This document shows positions 16,035 to 29,660 of a stretch of 64,000 nt of DNA, piece by piece. A model generated the notes under the pieces. It was not told where the DNA came from. It did not search any database and saw only the letters and a list, made by a program, of their open reading frames with translations. The DNA is from the human T2T-CHM13v2.0 reference genome, Homo sapiens, in the NCBI RefSeq assembly GCF_009914755.1, contig NC_060927.1. One strand, written 5' to 3'. A program made the translations under genes and the position numbers. Each line of letters begins with the position of its first letter. Within the stretch, counting starts at the first letter, position 1.

Positions 16035-17286
16035 GTATGTCCTCCGCCAAGTATGTCTGTAGGGGCAGTGACCTACTCTTGAGTCCCTGTATTAGGAATA
16101 ATATTATTTAAGAGCTTCTGAAATGAATTTATCTGTGCAAGTTCTTGAAAACTTTGATTTATTTGATTGCATTGTCTGTTGGAGAGCAGCATAGCTCTGC
16201 CTTGAGTGACGTCAGAAGGAAGCTTAAAATCCTTAAGACAAGCCGGAAATCTGAAAAAGGAAGGAACTGTGGAGATCATCTCAAGAGGAAATGATACTTG
16301 CTCTTATGCTGCAGAGGTGATGACTAGGGGTTGGAGATAATCAAGAAGTTGCTAAATAGTTCTTAGTGTCAAAACAGAGCTCAGAAAGGTGCCAGGCAGC
16401 TGCCATTGCGAGCCATCAGGTTTGGCCCCTTCACGTGAGACCTCATTATCACTGTAACCCTCTTAATAAAAATGGACACATCTTTTCACAAATCCTTCAG
16501 TGTACAAGGCATGAAGCAGTGCATTGCCTTATTAGGCCATCTAAAAAAGAAGAAACAGAAACTGGAAATGCTCAGTGGAAATAAACTTTTTTATTAGCAT
16601 TTCTTAACAATGCTATAATGAAGTGTTTCCATCAATTAGGTTTGGAATGGCTGGCATTTGGGGCTGAGGAATATTTGAGGCCTTTCCTTGGGGCCTAGGT
16701 TTTCTTAACACTCCCTGTGAATACAGATTGTGTTTCCCTTAAAGGAAAGCTATCCCCTTGTCTGTTGCCTGGGAGGGAACTTCTTGTACCTTGCCTTGTC
16801 TCCTCTCCCCAGTCTTCCCCTGGGGAGCTCCTGGAATGACCAGGGGGTCATTGTAATCTGGTGAACATGTCTTCCATTCCCTGCGTATGATATTGACTTA
16901 GTCTTTTTAGGGAAAAACTTGCTTAAAAGAAAAAACAAACAGTTTTTAGAGGGAACCAAGGATTAAAGTATGAGTTTTTATTTTTGTTTTTTAATTAAGG
17001 ATTGAATTCCTGGGAGTAAGGGAGGTGCTATTTAAATACACAAAATGGTTTGTGAGTCTCAGGAGCCCAGCCTGGCTTGTTGGGAGAGCAGGTGTCTGAG
17101 AGACAGAAGGAGCCTCATGCCTTAACTGTGGAAAATTTTCAGGTTCCTCCTGTTGATTAAACACCACCAAGGTACAGAGAATGGCAGATCATGCAGCTGC
17201 TGTGCTCAAGAGGGCTTTGAAGTTTCTTTTGAGAATATGATCTTCTCTTCGAACCTGACAATGATTTTTTTTTTCTTTTTCCTCAG

Positions 17287-17319
17287 GGTGACCAGAGGCA
17301 GGTCATTCCCATACCAAGT
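17287..17319 (+). CDS. CTDSPL: CTDSPL exon 3, 33-nt frame-preserving cassette exon (GDQRQVIPIPS)
   Basis: Branch-like CTGAC near 17255, long U tract, cctcAG acceptor and GTatgt donor. Phase 0/0. Inclusion gives 276 aa and skipping gives 265 aa. Confidence 0.92.
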
Positions 17320-20097
17320 GTATGTATATTTATCTAATTTTATTTATTAAAACAGTCATAAAATCTTGTGGCTTTGGGCCTACTTATATAAAGGATTTTT
17401 TTTAATGTTATTGCTTATGGTGAGTTTATCATGTGGTATAAACAGCTCTGTTCTGTTAAAAAGAAAACTGAAGCTGCATTTTAAACTGTGAGCAGGAAGT
17501 TCTGTACAGAGACAGTTTCCTTTCTCAGGAACAGCAGGGCAGCCAGCTCCATTAACCTAATTCTCATTTTTCCTTTCTCTCTGGGAAGGACCTCCAAGCT
17601 GAACAAGCTGAGGTTGCTCAGAGGCCTCACCCACACCCCACTATCTTAGCCTCAACTCCATAGATTGGCGGGAACATTGTTTTGCCCAGACCCAGTTCTT
17701 TGCAGCAGATTCAGTCCCAGTGGAACTGGGCTCACCAAGCCCACGTCCCAGGTGACCAGACTGTTTCTAACTTATCAGTGGTAGCATGGCTGTAGCTCCG
17801 AGATCAGAGAAGTCACTGTAACTATATTCTCGGGACTTGCAGGACCCATCCCACAGGCCTGCTGTGCTGCCACTCTGCCCCAGCTGGGCGCTCCCTGAGG
17901 CCACCCCCACTTCTGTTGTCATCCCTGAAATTTGTTCCACCCCAGCACCGTCCTGCACCAGCCACCCCTCAGCCATCCGCTGTCCTGGCTGTCCCTTCTC
18001 TTCCTCCTGCTCTGCCAGCAGAGCCACCCAGCCTGAGGCCAGTCAGTAAGAAGTAAACTGAAGACCGACTCCCAAAAGAAATTTACAGTTGAGATGCCTG
18101 TATCAAACAAGACCTTTCAAATAGTCTTATGTCCTTAGAGAAGGATTTAGGTTTCAAAATGTGTCTATAAATTAATTTTTTAGTCTGTAAAGATGATCAG
18201 ATTCAGATTACTTGATTCAAATGTGTTCATCTCTCTTTCCTTGGAGTTTTTCACATGTTTTCTGGGAACATACAATAGACACAGCAATCTTACATAGAAA
18301 GGAGTAGATGGATTTCACGTGTGCAGGTTGACTCCAAAGGCTTTGGTAGTACATGTCACTTACAAATTGCCCAAAAAGTTTACAGTAATTTCATTTTTCT
18401 CAAAACTCTAACTCTTCATTGACTAATGCGTTGCAAGAGTCTGTGTAGTGATTCTGACTTTGCCCATGTGCCTGAGGGTTGGGTTTTGTTGAGAAAACTG
18501 GCTTTGATCAAAAAGATTGACCTGGCAGCACAACTTTTTATCCAGAGTTTGAGGAAGATGCTCAGCAGAGTTAATACCAGAAGACTCTTTAACCTTTATA
18601 TAAAGTAGTTTTTGACATATTTTTTTCCTGCAGAGGTACCTACATTAAATGATGGCAGGTAGCATCTCTCCTTCCACCTTCAATATCACTATTACTGTTT
18701 TTTCTTAAAGCTAATTGGCAGCCACGTGCAAAGTTAAGTGCAGAACAAAAGCACTTGTCAGTATAAAAACCCCACTGAAGAAACGGACCCTTTTCCCACA
18801 AATGTAGATTCAGCCATGTATAGAATTCTGGAATAAGATAAACAAGAAGAAAATTCCTTATGTAATTGATCCTACTGATAGATCAATAAACTGCTGACTG
18901 TGTCCTACATGTGAGATGTTGGGTCAGGCCATGTGAACCTATGAACTATCTTGCCCAAAGAAACAGCCAAGCTAAAGGAACTTGCACTTTTGAATGATGA
19001 CCTCCAGAAAAGCATTTCCACTAGTGAGCACAGTGTGATTTCCACTGACTGCTTAGCATATAGGACTGATCCCAGTCCATCCGGGCCAGCTCAGCTCTGG
19101 AATCAAGTCTTGGGAGCCCCTGCAAAATCTGCACCTACCTGAAAAGGCGCCAGGTTGCATAAGCAGCGTGGTTCTGGCCTTTCTGGACCTCAGGGGGACC
19201 TGGTGAGTGCTGGGAGCCCTGAGAGCTTAGGGTGCCATACATAGGAGCAGAAATCTGGGCTTGTGCTGAGTCTCCAAACCAGATCCCACAACCTCCTGAA
19301 AGCTTTCTTCAGGCCCTGAAGGTAAAGAATCCTCTAAGCCTGTGGTGACCAGAGCAGCTGCATCTGGGGTCCCTATCTGTGCCTGTCACCTCACCCCTCT
19401 TTTTTCATTCGCATGTTGCTCTGTTTGTATGTGTAGGTTTGGTCTTTTAATTTTTTACTAAACAGTAATTCAAGCTCATGGTTAATTTTTAAATATTGAC
19501 GGATTTGGGATTAACACCTGTGGGAATACATACATACACACGTACGTGAAGTTGAAAGATTAAAGCAAAGAGAAAATATCTCTCAATGTAATCCTACTGC
19601 CTTCTAGGCAGTACCACTTTTTAATATATGTCATTTATCCTTCCAGAAGTTTTCCAGACAAACACAAACATATTTATATAAATGAAATTGTGTTGTATTC
19701 ACCATTCTGCAAATTGCTTGTTACTTTCTAACAAGATGCCTTGAACATCTTTCCAAATATTAGTAGGTATATATCTGCCTCATTGTTTTATATTTCATTG
19801 ATGGCATTTACTTTGTTTCCACTTCTGTGCTATTACAAATATTTCTCTTAAAAATATCCTCTTTTCTGTGTGCTTATGGACTTGTGTGATAGTTCTTTGT
19901 GATCAGTTTCTATTTGTGGAAATGCTAGGTCAAAGGATATATTTTACAGTATTGGTACATTAAAACCAAATTATCCTCCAAAAGCTTATGCTAATTTACA
20001 TTCTCATGAATTATCTATGAGAGTGCCTCATACCCTTACTGAAAATGATAATCAAATGTTTCAATCTTTGCTAATCTGAAAATAAAGAATAGTATCA

Positions 20098-20930
<833 letters not shown>

Positions 20931-23900
20931 AGATTGGTATCAGTTTATTACTTTGATTTGCATTTCTTTATCAATGAGTTTGAACAGCTTTTCACAAGTT
21001 CATTGGCTTTCTTCTTCTCTATTCATTTCCTGTAGTTTTTTATGCTGTGTTGCTTGTCGTTTTAAATTTTAAGGAAATTAATACTTTTCCCCAAATGTAT
21101 GATATATCTTTTGGCCTTTTTTGTTTATAATTATTTTGGCCACAAGGAAGTTTTAGTTTTATATAAGTAAATATTAATATCATCCTTTATGCTCCTTGAT
21201 TTTATATTTTCTTCTAGTATTTTAATAGTTTTTAATAGTTTCACCATTATACCTTTAAATCTTTGATCCATTTGGAATGTATGTTGGTGTAAGGCATGAA
21301 GTAGGAAGCTATCCTTTTTTCCAAGTGGCTACTCAGTTGTCCCAGCACCATTTATTGAGTAATCATGTTTTGCACGCCTATTGGAAATGACATCTTTATC
21401 CTTACCATTAGTATCGTTCATCTCCCAACTATGAGCCAGGATTTAGGGCCTTCCTTAGTGGGAAGCTTCATGGGCTGTTTGGTGAACGTCGGGTATTGAA
21501 GTATTAGGAAAAGATGCAGAGGGAACGAAAGTTTGAAACTGCTGAAGTATGGGTGGTCATGAATTGAGGTGAGCACTCGAATGCCTTGGCCCCAGTGAGG
21601 AACGCCACTGAGGCTGTGTCCTGAGTCCTACCGATCCCATACTTTTGCTTAAATTACACAGCACACAGATGCTCACAAACATGAGGCTGGCAGTGTAACC
21701 GAGCCATAAAAATGCTGAAAGGGGAGAGGATTTGTTTTCTAACAGCTATGTTTCTATGCTATTTGCCTAAGGCTTTTAATACAGCAATAGTACACTTCTT
21801 TCCACGAAAACATTATGAAGAACATACAAGCAGGACAGCTATTCTAATTAAAAGCAGTCTAGAGTTCCTCTTGCTCCCCTCCTGCGTTAGGCCCTGACAT
21901 CCACCTGGAGCTCTGAGGGCTTGAGGAGCACAGCGTGCAGACCTTAAGCCTGAGAAATCTTAAGTAAGGAAACAATAATCCAATGTACCAGGAAGAGGTA
22001 CTACATCTGTAAGATTTATGAGAGTTTGTGGGATGGGCACTCCAAGAGGAAATAAGCTTAGTGTTAACTATTCATGGCTGCCAGTTCTCTGCCAAGGACA
22101 GGAAATTTCAGATTTACTCCCAGGAAAGGAACAGGAATGAATACCATTCCCAAACCGTGGATGGCAAGCCGTGGTCCCTTCCTCCTCCACCCACCCCCCG
22201 GCAATGCTCTTTGTGTACATTTGAGCAAGTCATTTTGTATAAGAAAGACCTTTCTTGATGTGACTGGTATTTCTCTTGTTCTTCAGCTTTATGAAGACTT
22301 CAGAGAAAACTTGGTGCAGGACATTTCTTAGTTAATGATTCAAGCATCACCTGAACAGATCAATTGAAGTAACAAAGCACTGTGTATTGTCATTATATAG
22401 CATCCTTACATTTCCAAGGATGCAGCTGTCCCAAAGAATTCTTACCCATGGGCTGAAGAATTTGCATTAATCTAAAGCCAAGCTCTCAGGGAAGCTGTGT
22501 GCATTTAGGAAACAGCAGAGGATTAATGGAACCTCCTAGCCTGTTGCCTCCCAACTTGGCCTTGTTCCCTGCAGCACAAATTAAAATCAATTGCTTGCTT
22601 AATATGAGTCTCACCCTTCTCCATCTTTTCTCTCTTAGATCGTACCATGAGGGGTTTTACTTACTGTTAACTTTTCTCTCTTAGATTGCACCATGAGGGG
22701 TTTTACTTACTGTTAAAGAATGCTTGTAAAGTGTGGGTTAACTGTGCTAAGAAAGTAATCTTTATTCTTGGGTTTGGAAAATGAACCACTTTTGGCAGAT
22801 CTTTGATGTTTTCAGAGATGCTAGGGTTAGAATTTCTAGATCCTTATTTTCCAGGCTAACAATTAAATTAATAAGTTAAAACATTTTAGTAGTTTATAAA
22901 CGCATAGGAAAAGGACTGGATAGACACTAATGTCAAAAGGGAGACATAGAAAAGAGAATGATTGTGTTTTACTCTCATAGGTCTATAATCTTTACAATGA
23001 GAATGTGTTTTATATTAAATAGTTGTGTAATAAAAATTCAAACAAATTTTATTCTGGTCACAAGCATGCTTTCTGCTCTGTCCCAGACAACAAAAATGAC
23101 CCACATTCTCTCTACTATGTTCACTTAGCTCATCACACTCTGCCTTTTTAAAAACACCTTTTGATAGAAAACTTTTTGCAAATTTAATTTTTTAAAAATA
23201 ACCTGCTGACTCACTGGTTTGTAATGGAGGACAGAGTCCTTTCTAGATCCTCGAATTTCGTGCCTGTCTCCAAGGCACATCCCCACATCCCGTCACAGTG
23301 CTGCAGGATTAGGGAGGATTGCTTCCAGCTGAAAGAGATGGGAGGCCATAAAGGCTCTTTCTTCTGGATGACGTTGGAAAGGAAGAAACATGGAGTTAGA
23401 AATGCTTATGTCTCCACACGTAGCCTCTTCCTGGGCAACCCTGGACAGTCTCTGTCTGCCAAGGTGATCATTGTACTTGCAAATTTACCTAACCTGTTGA
23501 CTGCCTGTGTTACATTTACTATTGAACCAGCTAGAGTTCAAAATTAACTTTTGATCACTGACTTTCAGTTTGAACCAAAAAAATAAAAAGAGGAAAGAGC
23601 CACGTAAAAGGAAATACAGCTTGATTTCATTTTTTTCTTGTTTTATTTGATGAACTAAATTGTCCATTCTTCAGGGGCTCAGAATAGATATTTCCTTTTG
23701 TTTTGTATCAAATATTAAAGAGAGTTTGACCTTCTTTGCAGGTCAGAAAATTAATTAGTTAACTCTGGATATTGAATATGCCACAAAGTAGACTAAAATA
23801 CTTCAGATCATTTCTAGAATGAGGCAAGGCCTAAAGAAATAAATCCTCTAAATCGAGTGAGGTTGGCCAGAGATACCTAGCATTTTATGGTTGGCTGAAG

Positions 23901-24208
23901 ATACCCAGCATTTTATTAACTCTTTATGACTTCTTTATCACGAGATTTGAGTCACCTGCTACTAAGACACATAAATAGATTGTTTGGTCAACACACAACA
24001 TGTGGATTAAAGTATAACTTTCAGAGGCAGAGAATCCAAGGGGTAAAAATACCACATTTGCTCAGTATTCTACCACAGTGCGGTGGCACAAGGTGGCACT
24101 GTACCTGGATTGGTCTTATTTCTGTTTCCTAGTGTTGGGGGTAACTCTGGACTGCATTATGCTGGTGGGCCTATAGTTTGTCTTCAAGTTTTTTAAAAAT
24201 CTCAGTCA

Positions 24209-24210
<2 letters not shown>

Positions 24211-24249
<39 letters not shown>
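24211..24249 (+). repeat. Poly(A)39 tract
   Basis: Read directly; no Alu or L1 body adjacent. Confidence 0.97.
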
Positions 24250-24253
<4 letters not shown>

Positions 24254-24750
24254 TAGTTCCAACATAGCTCTAATATCTACTTATGTGCCACAGTGAATTT
24301 CAGGCAAAATATGACCCCACGAAACAGACCTCCATTGTGACAGTACCTATTATAATTAAATACTCATTCTTGTGTAATCCATTTTAATAATAACTGTAGC
24401 CACCAATATATGTGTGAGGCAAAATGCTGGGCATTTTATTGCCATTATAACTGATAACAACAACCTTTCATGGTAGGTATTACTATCCCAATTTACAACC
24501 AAGAAAGTGACAGAGCTGATGATTGAAACCAGGTTTGTCTGGTTCCAAAGCCTAGGACTTCATAGCAGTCATTCAGATCGTGGCACCGTATTTGATAAAA
24601 CTTTAGTTGCAAACTACTTATTCCTATTGTTCTTAATAAAAGCCCATTATACGCTTGACCAGGCATTTAAATGTTTGAAAGTAGTATAATGCAATACTGA
24701 TTGGTTTGTCTTTTACATAAATGTAATACTGATTTATTTTTCCCCTTTAG

Positions 24751-24852
24751 CCACCAGCTAAGTACCTTCTTCCAGAGGTGACGGTGCTTGACTATGGAAA
24801 GAAATGTGTGGTCATTGATTTAGATGAAACATTGGTGCACAGTTCGTTTAAG
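24751..24852 (+). CDS. CTDSPL: CTDSPL exon 4 ([34 protein letters not shown]), carrying the catalytic DxDx(T) motif
   Basis: tttAG acceptor and GTaaat donor. The HAD/FCP1-family motif DLDET is encoded at 24817-24831. Confidence 0.98.
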
Positions 24853-27800
24853 GTAAATCAACATAAAAAAAAAATCCATGATCTTTGTGATTTGATAACA
24901 ATTGTATTGGAAAAGGGAAAACAAAAAGGATGAAAGCTTATGGTGGTTAGTGTGTGACTTCACTCTTCATGTAGAAATCCCAGGAGCTGCTTATTAACCC
25001 AGGTGAACATTAACTAAAGTAGTTGAATATTAACATAATTAGTTTGGAAAGAAAACACTAAGCTACCAACATCACTGGGACCTCATTCTTAGGAGGTTTG
25101 CATTTTCCAATGCTGTAACCGCTGCAGAAATACTTTTCAGGTGGCACAAGGCACTCAGTGCCCCCAGGATACTGTTTATATTTGTCAAGATGACCAGAGT
25201 GCTATGTGTTTTATTGGGAGGGGGAGGGGAGTCTCTGTTGGAAACTGTCAAATGACCTGGTATCATGGAGATTTTCCCAGATTGATTTTTGAAAGATGTC
25301 CAACTCTGAAGAAGACTTCCAGACTTCAGGGCATCTGAACAGATTCAGCCATTTAATTTGAGCATCTTCATGACAAGAAGTGGCTGGGGTTTTTTGCAAG
25401 CTTCACAGCTAAATGAGTACCCACCTTCAGGACTTCCCTCCTGAAGGGTGTGGAGGTCAGACACTCTTCCTTCCTGTCACCTTCCCTGATCTCCATCTTC
25501 CTGCTGGAAAAACAGCAGAAACGGCCTCCATGCAGGAAGAGCTGTGGCGACACTGTTAAGAAATGAGTTAGTTAACCATTTTTTTTTGACGTGAAATAAA
25601 TTGTATAAAAGAGGCAAATGATGAAAAGTTTGGAAATAGGAGATTGGTGTTTTGGGGAGAAGAAGCAGGTATTTAGGATTCTGGTCTTGTTTTCCTTGGA
25701 TTATTTCTGGTAATGGGACTGCTCTATCATTGTACTGCATTCCTCTTTCCCCCACCAGCCTGGGACTCCCCTTCACTGAGAGACATGAAGGTCACCATCC
25801 ATGATGGGGCATGTGTCTCACATGAACCATAGTCATTCCTTACAAGTTGTAGGAAGCAGAAGAGCTGTCAAATGTGCCCAAACACCTTTCTACCAGAAAC
25901 ATCCTTCTTTGTTCTTCTCACTAAACAGAGACCTTTCTGGTAGGACAAAGCCAGAAAATTGTCTTTGAGTCCTTTGAAGAGTGGAGAAGAGACCACACTG
26001 ACCTCTAGCAGTGAGAAATTGCCTTGTTCTGGCTACTGGGGCATGCAGGGACCACCTCATTCCCTAGCACTTGAGGACCAGCCCCTTCCATAGTTGGTCC
26101 AGGGGATATGGTGACTTTGTGTCCCAGCTTAACCCTAGATAGCATTGGAAGCCATTTCTCCCCCATGGGCAAGTTGCTCAGGACTTTTCCAAGTCTCTGT
26201 GAAGGAAAGCCCTTCAGAGCAGGGGTCGGTTGCCATCACAGCATAGAGAACTCCCTCCCAAGCAACTGTGGGAGTGTAGGCAACACTGGCCAGATCACCT
26301 GATGTTACTGAGGATTCCTGGCTCCAAAGGCAAGGCCCTGGTAGCCCCCAGTGTCTCTAGCACCTGCTCGGAGAGCATTGATGCCACAAGCTAATGTGAA
26401 TGGTGTTTCCTCATTTCTTCCCTCCCCTGGCCTGCCTACATTTGCAACCAGAATATTCTTTATGGTTTTTAAAGTTCTGGGCATTTCAAAGTCCTTTGAG
26501 AATCTGAAAGCTGTGAACCCTCTTCCCTTCGAAAATGTACATTTGTACAATGCATAGGTTCATGGATCCCAAGTGAAGAACCCTAGCTGTAGCAGAGTCT
26601 CCTTTATACCAGCAGGAGAGAGGAGAGTAAGGGTGGTGCTTGCTGTAAGCTGGGGAATGGTTTTTCTCTTTTTAATATACTCCGTGGAATGTGATTCCAT
26701 AATCTAATGCCTTGGGAGAGTCTCTTCCTTCAGTCTTTCCTTTTGTTTTTTAGCATGATTCTGATTTTAGTTGTGCAATTATATGATATTAAACTCATCC
26801 TTGGCCTTCCAACTCTGGGAGTAAATAAACAGTGATCATAAGCTAAGTGCTTAGTAACGGTGCTATGACCTAGCATTGTCCATGTTTTTTTGTTTTGTTT
26901 TTTGTTTTTTGTTTTTTAGTTTATATATCAACAAAGAGGGTTTGTGTGTACTGTGATGGGCTTAAAAGCAGACTTCGGTTCAGAGTCTGACCAGATGCTG
27001 TACCCCTACCCCTGCCCAGAGGCCACCACACACACCTTCTCCTTCCTTCTGTCTCTCTTCTCTTGTCCAGGGGTTTGCAGGCTGATGATTCAGTTGGGCC
27101 TGTTCATTTAAGTAGTTTTGTACCTAATTTGTGGAATTCCATTGAGAACTGTGTGTAAGTTCATCATTGAGAACGTAATGACTGCTGAAGAATCATATTT
27201 GAATTTTAAATGTCATTAATATTGTCAAAGAGTTATTTAAAATATCCAGAAGTTTGTGGGTGTGCTGGATGTTGTGTTCCTTGGAGCGGAGCAGGCATAG
27301 GGTGGGCTGGCTCTGTACCCCCACCCAAGGCAGGAGCTGGTGCCAGGCTACCTGGGAGGGCCTGAAATCACTGATTCTCAGTACTGGACTGGGGCCATGG
27401 GCATGCATCAGACCCATCACAATAGCTAAGGAAGAGAGGAGAAACTGAGGTCCAAGGAGAGGAAGAGCCTGCCCAAGGGTGTGGCCTGCGGCCTCTGACT
27501 TTACCCCCACATGGCCTTGTTACTGTTTTGAGTCCGTGTGGCCATCTTCTCCTGCTGAGCAGCCCATCGCAGGGCAGCCGCCAGTTGTGGGTCCAAGTAC
27601 AAATAGTTTTCCCTCAAGCAGCACTGTCCTCGGAGCCCATTACATGCTCAGCTCCTCCCCCTGGTGGCTAGCAGTGATTCCCCATCACCCCAGCAAGACT
27701 CTGGGCAAGAGCTGGAGTTTTCAGGAGCCCCATCCTCTAGCCAGGCAGTGCCACACTTTTTGGTTGAGGCCAGGCAGGTGATATTGGACCAAGATGCTGA

Positions 27801-28005
27801 AAATGTAATGACATTCACAGTGGAAAATAATGTGCTTTCCTGCTTGTGCTTATTTTAAGGAACCAAGGCATGCTTCATCATCCTCCTCCTGAACTGTTTT
27901 TTCCAATAACCAAAACATTGGTCTAGGCAGGCTTTTTTCTTGCTAAAATTTCCAGAGTTTTTTTGTTCCTTCAGACATATTAATTATAGTCTCTTTTTTC
28001 TCTAG

Positions 28006-28062
28006 CCTATTAGTAATGCTGATTTTATTGTTCCGGTTGAAATCGATGGAACTATACATCAG
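28006..28062 (+). CDS. CTDSPL: CTDSPL exon 5 (PISNADFIVPVEIDGTIHQ)
   Basis: tctAG acceptor, GTaaga donor, 57 nt in frame. Confidence 0.97.
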
Positions 28063-29583
28063 GTAAGAAACTGAAGCTAAATTTGAGTTTCAATTAAGAT
28101 TTTTTAGTACTTACATTTCCTATGAACTTTATTTCTAAATTCTCATTTCAGTAATAACTTTATTACGGAATCAAAAGGAAGCATACTGTAATAAATACAA
28201 TGTTTTTCTTTTTTTCACTCCAATGAATTTATTTTATACTGAGATTATAAGGAAACTATAGTCGTAAATATTAGATGCGGTTGCAAGTTCAAATAGTTCT
28301 TTGATTTGAATTTCAGAAGTTTCCGTATCCCCCACTGGCCTAGCTTGATGGTCTAATTAACTTCCTTGTGTAATTGCTTTCGGCTACTCTCCTAGCAGGC
28401 AACAGGAAAATGCCACAAGTCACCCACTTATGGTGGACTCTCGGGAAAAAGTGTCCATTTTCAATGCCAGCTGCTCCAGACTGATCTTATCATTCCTGCA
28501 TCGTTTTCTCCAGAGAATCTTTAGCAAATACCCACCCCAAAAGAAAAAGGGGGAAGGGTGTGAGTTTTCGGATCCGCAGGCTGCTATGAATAAAGATGCC
28601 GTAGTCAGTTGGCATGCGTCTTCGTTGCTTCTGATTTTTTTTCCTTATCTGCATAAAGCTCTTCCGGAAATAACTTCATTTATGAACAAATTGGGAATGT
28701 TGTAGGAAAACTAGCTTTAGAGGTTGAAGCTGGGGGGCTTTTGTCAGATTTTCCACAGGGATGATCTAACCATCTTCCTTGTCAAGTCCAAGGTCTTAAA
28801 GGGAGCGTATCTGGCCTGATATCCCAGGAAGGAGACTTTCCTGGTACTTGAGCCACAACGGGATGTCTTTTCTTAGCAATGTCAGTAGTCTTTGGTTCTT
28901 GAGTGCAAGGTGTCAGAACTGGAGAAAGCTTGGGAATCAGCTGGTCCAGCTGCCTCATTGTCTAGATGGAGAAACTGAGGCTCCGCCAGGGAAGGGGTTG
29001 GTTAAAGGTCATACGATGGGAAGAATTAAAATGAAAATTCCAGTCTCCTGCCTCCTGGCCCAGGGCTCTTTTCCTGATACGCAAGTCCCTTCCCTCCCAT
29101 GTCCTTGCTTTCTTGCTTATTCTCCAGGACATCCTGCCAGGAAACAGTCCCGGGGAGAGGCAGCTTTTTTCCTAGTGTTTCCACACTTCATGCTTTTAAA
29201 AGCCATCACAGAGCCAAAACGGCAGGCACTTGGGCATTTAACATTTGCAAAAGCATCAACTGAATTAACTCAGCATCTGAGAAGCAGTTAAGGCTTCTGC
29301 ATTTATCATCTTGGCTTGTGTTACATAGTGCTCATGATGAGACAAAGGAGAGGCTGCCCAATGGCATAGCAAGAATTAGGAGAGAAATTAATCCTTTGTA
29401 CCACGTGACTGTAAGCATGACTGGCCTGCCCACTGCTGACCCATTCTTGCAGGAGCTCCCCCACCCTCCATCCTGGCTGTGCTGTGATATCACAAGGTCC
29501 CAGGGCTGGGGTCAGAAATTCTCTCCCGAGGGAATGAAGCCACAGGAGCCAAGAGCAGGAGGACCAAGGCCCTGGCGAAGGCC

Positions 29584-29660
29584 GTGGCCTCGTTCAAGTA
29601 ATCCAGGATAGGCTGTGCAGGTCCCAATGGGCCTATTCTTGGTTACTTGCACGGGGACGC
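29584..29660 (+). ncRNA. MIR26A1: miR-26a-1 precursor hairpin; mature 5p 29593-29614 (TTCAAGTAATCCAGGATAGGCT), 3p 29632-29653
   Basis: Exact miR-26a-5p sequence with a complementary 3p arm (CCTATTCTTGGTTACTTGCACG). Lies sense within CTDSPL intron 5. Confidence 0.99.

Noticed and set aside
22625-22716. Direct repeats considered as a CRISPR-like array
   Set aside because: Only two adjacent copies with no spacers, in a human intron.
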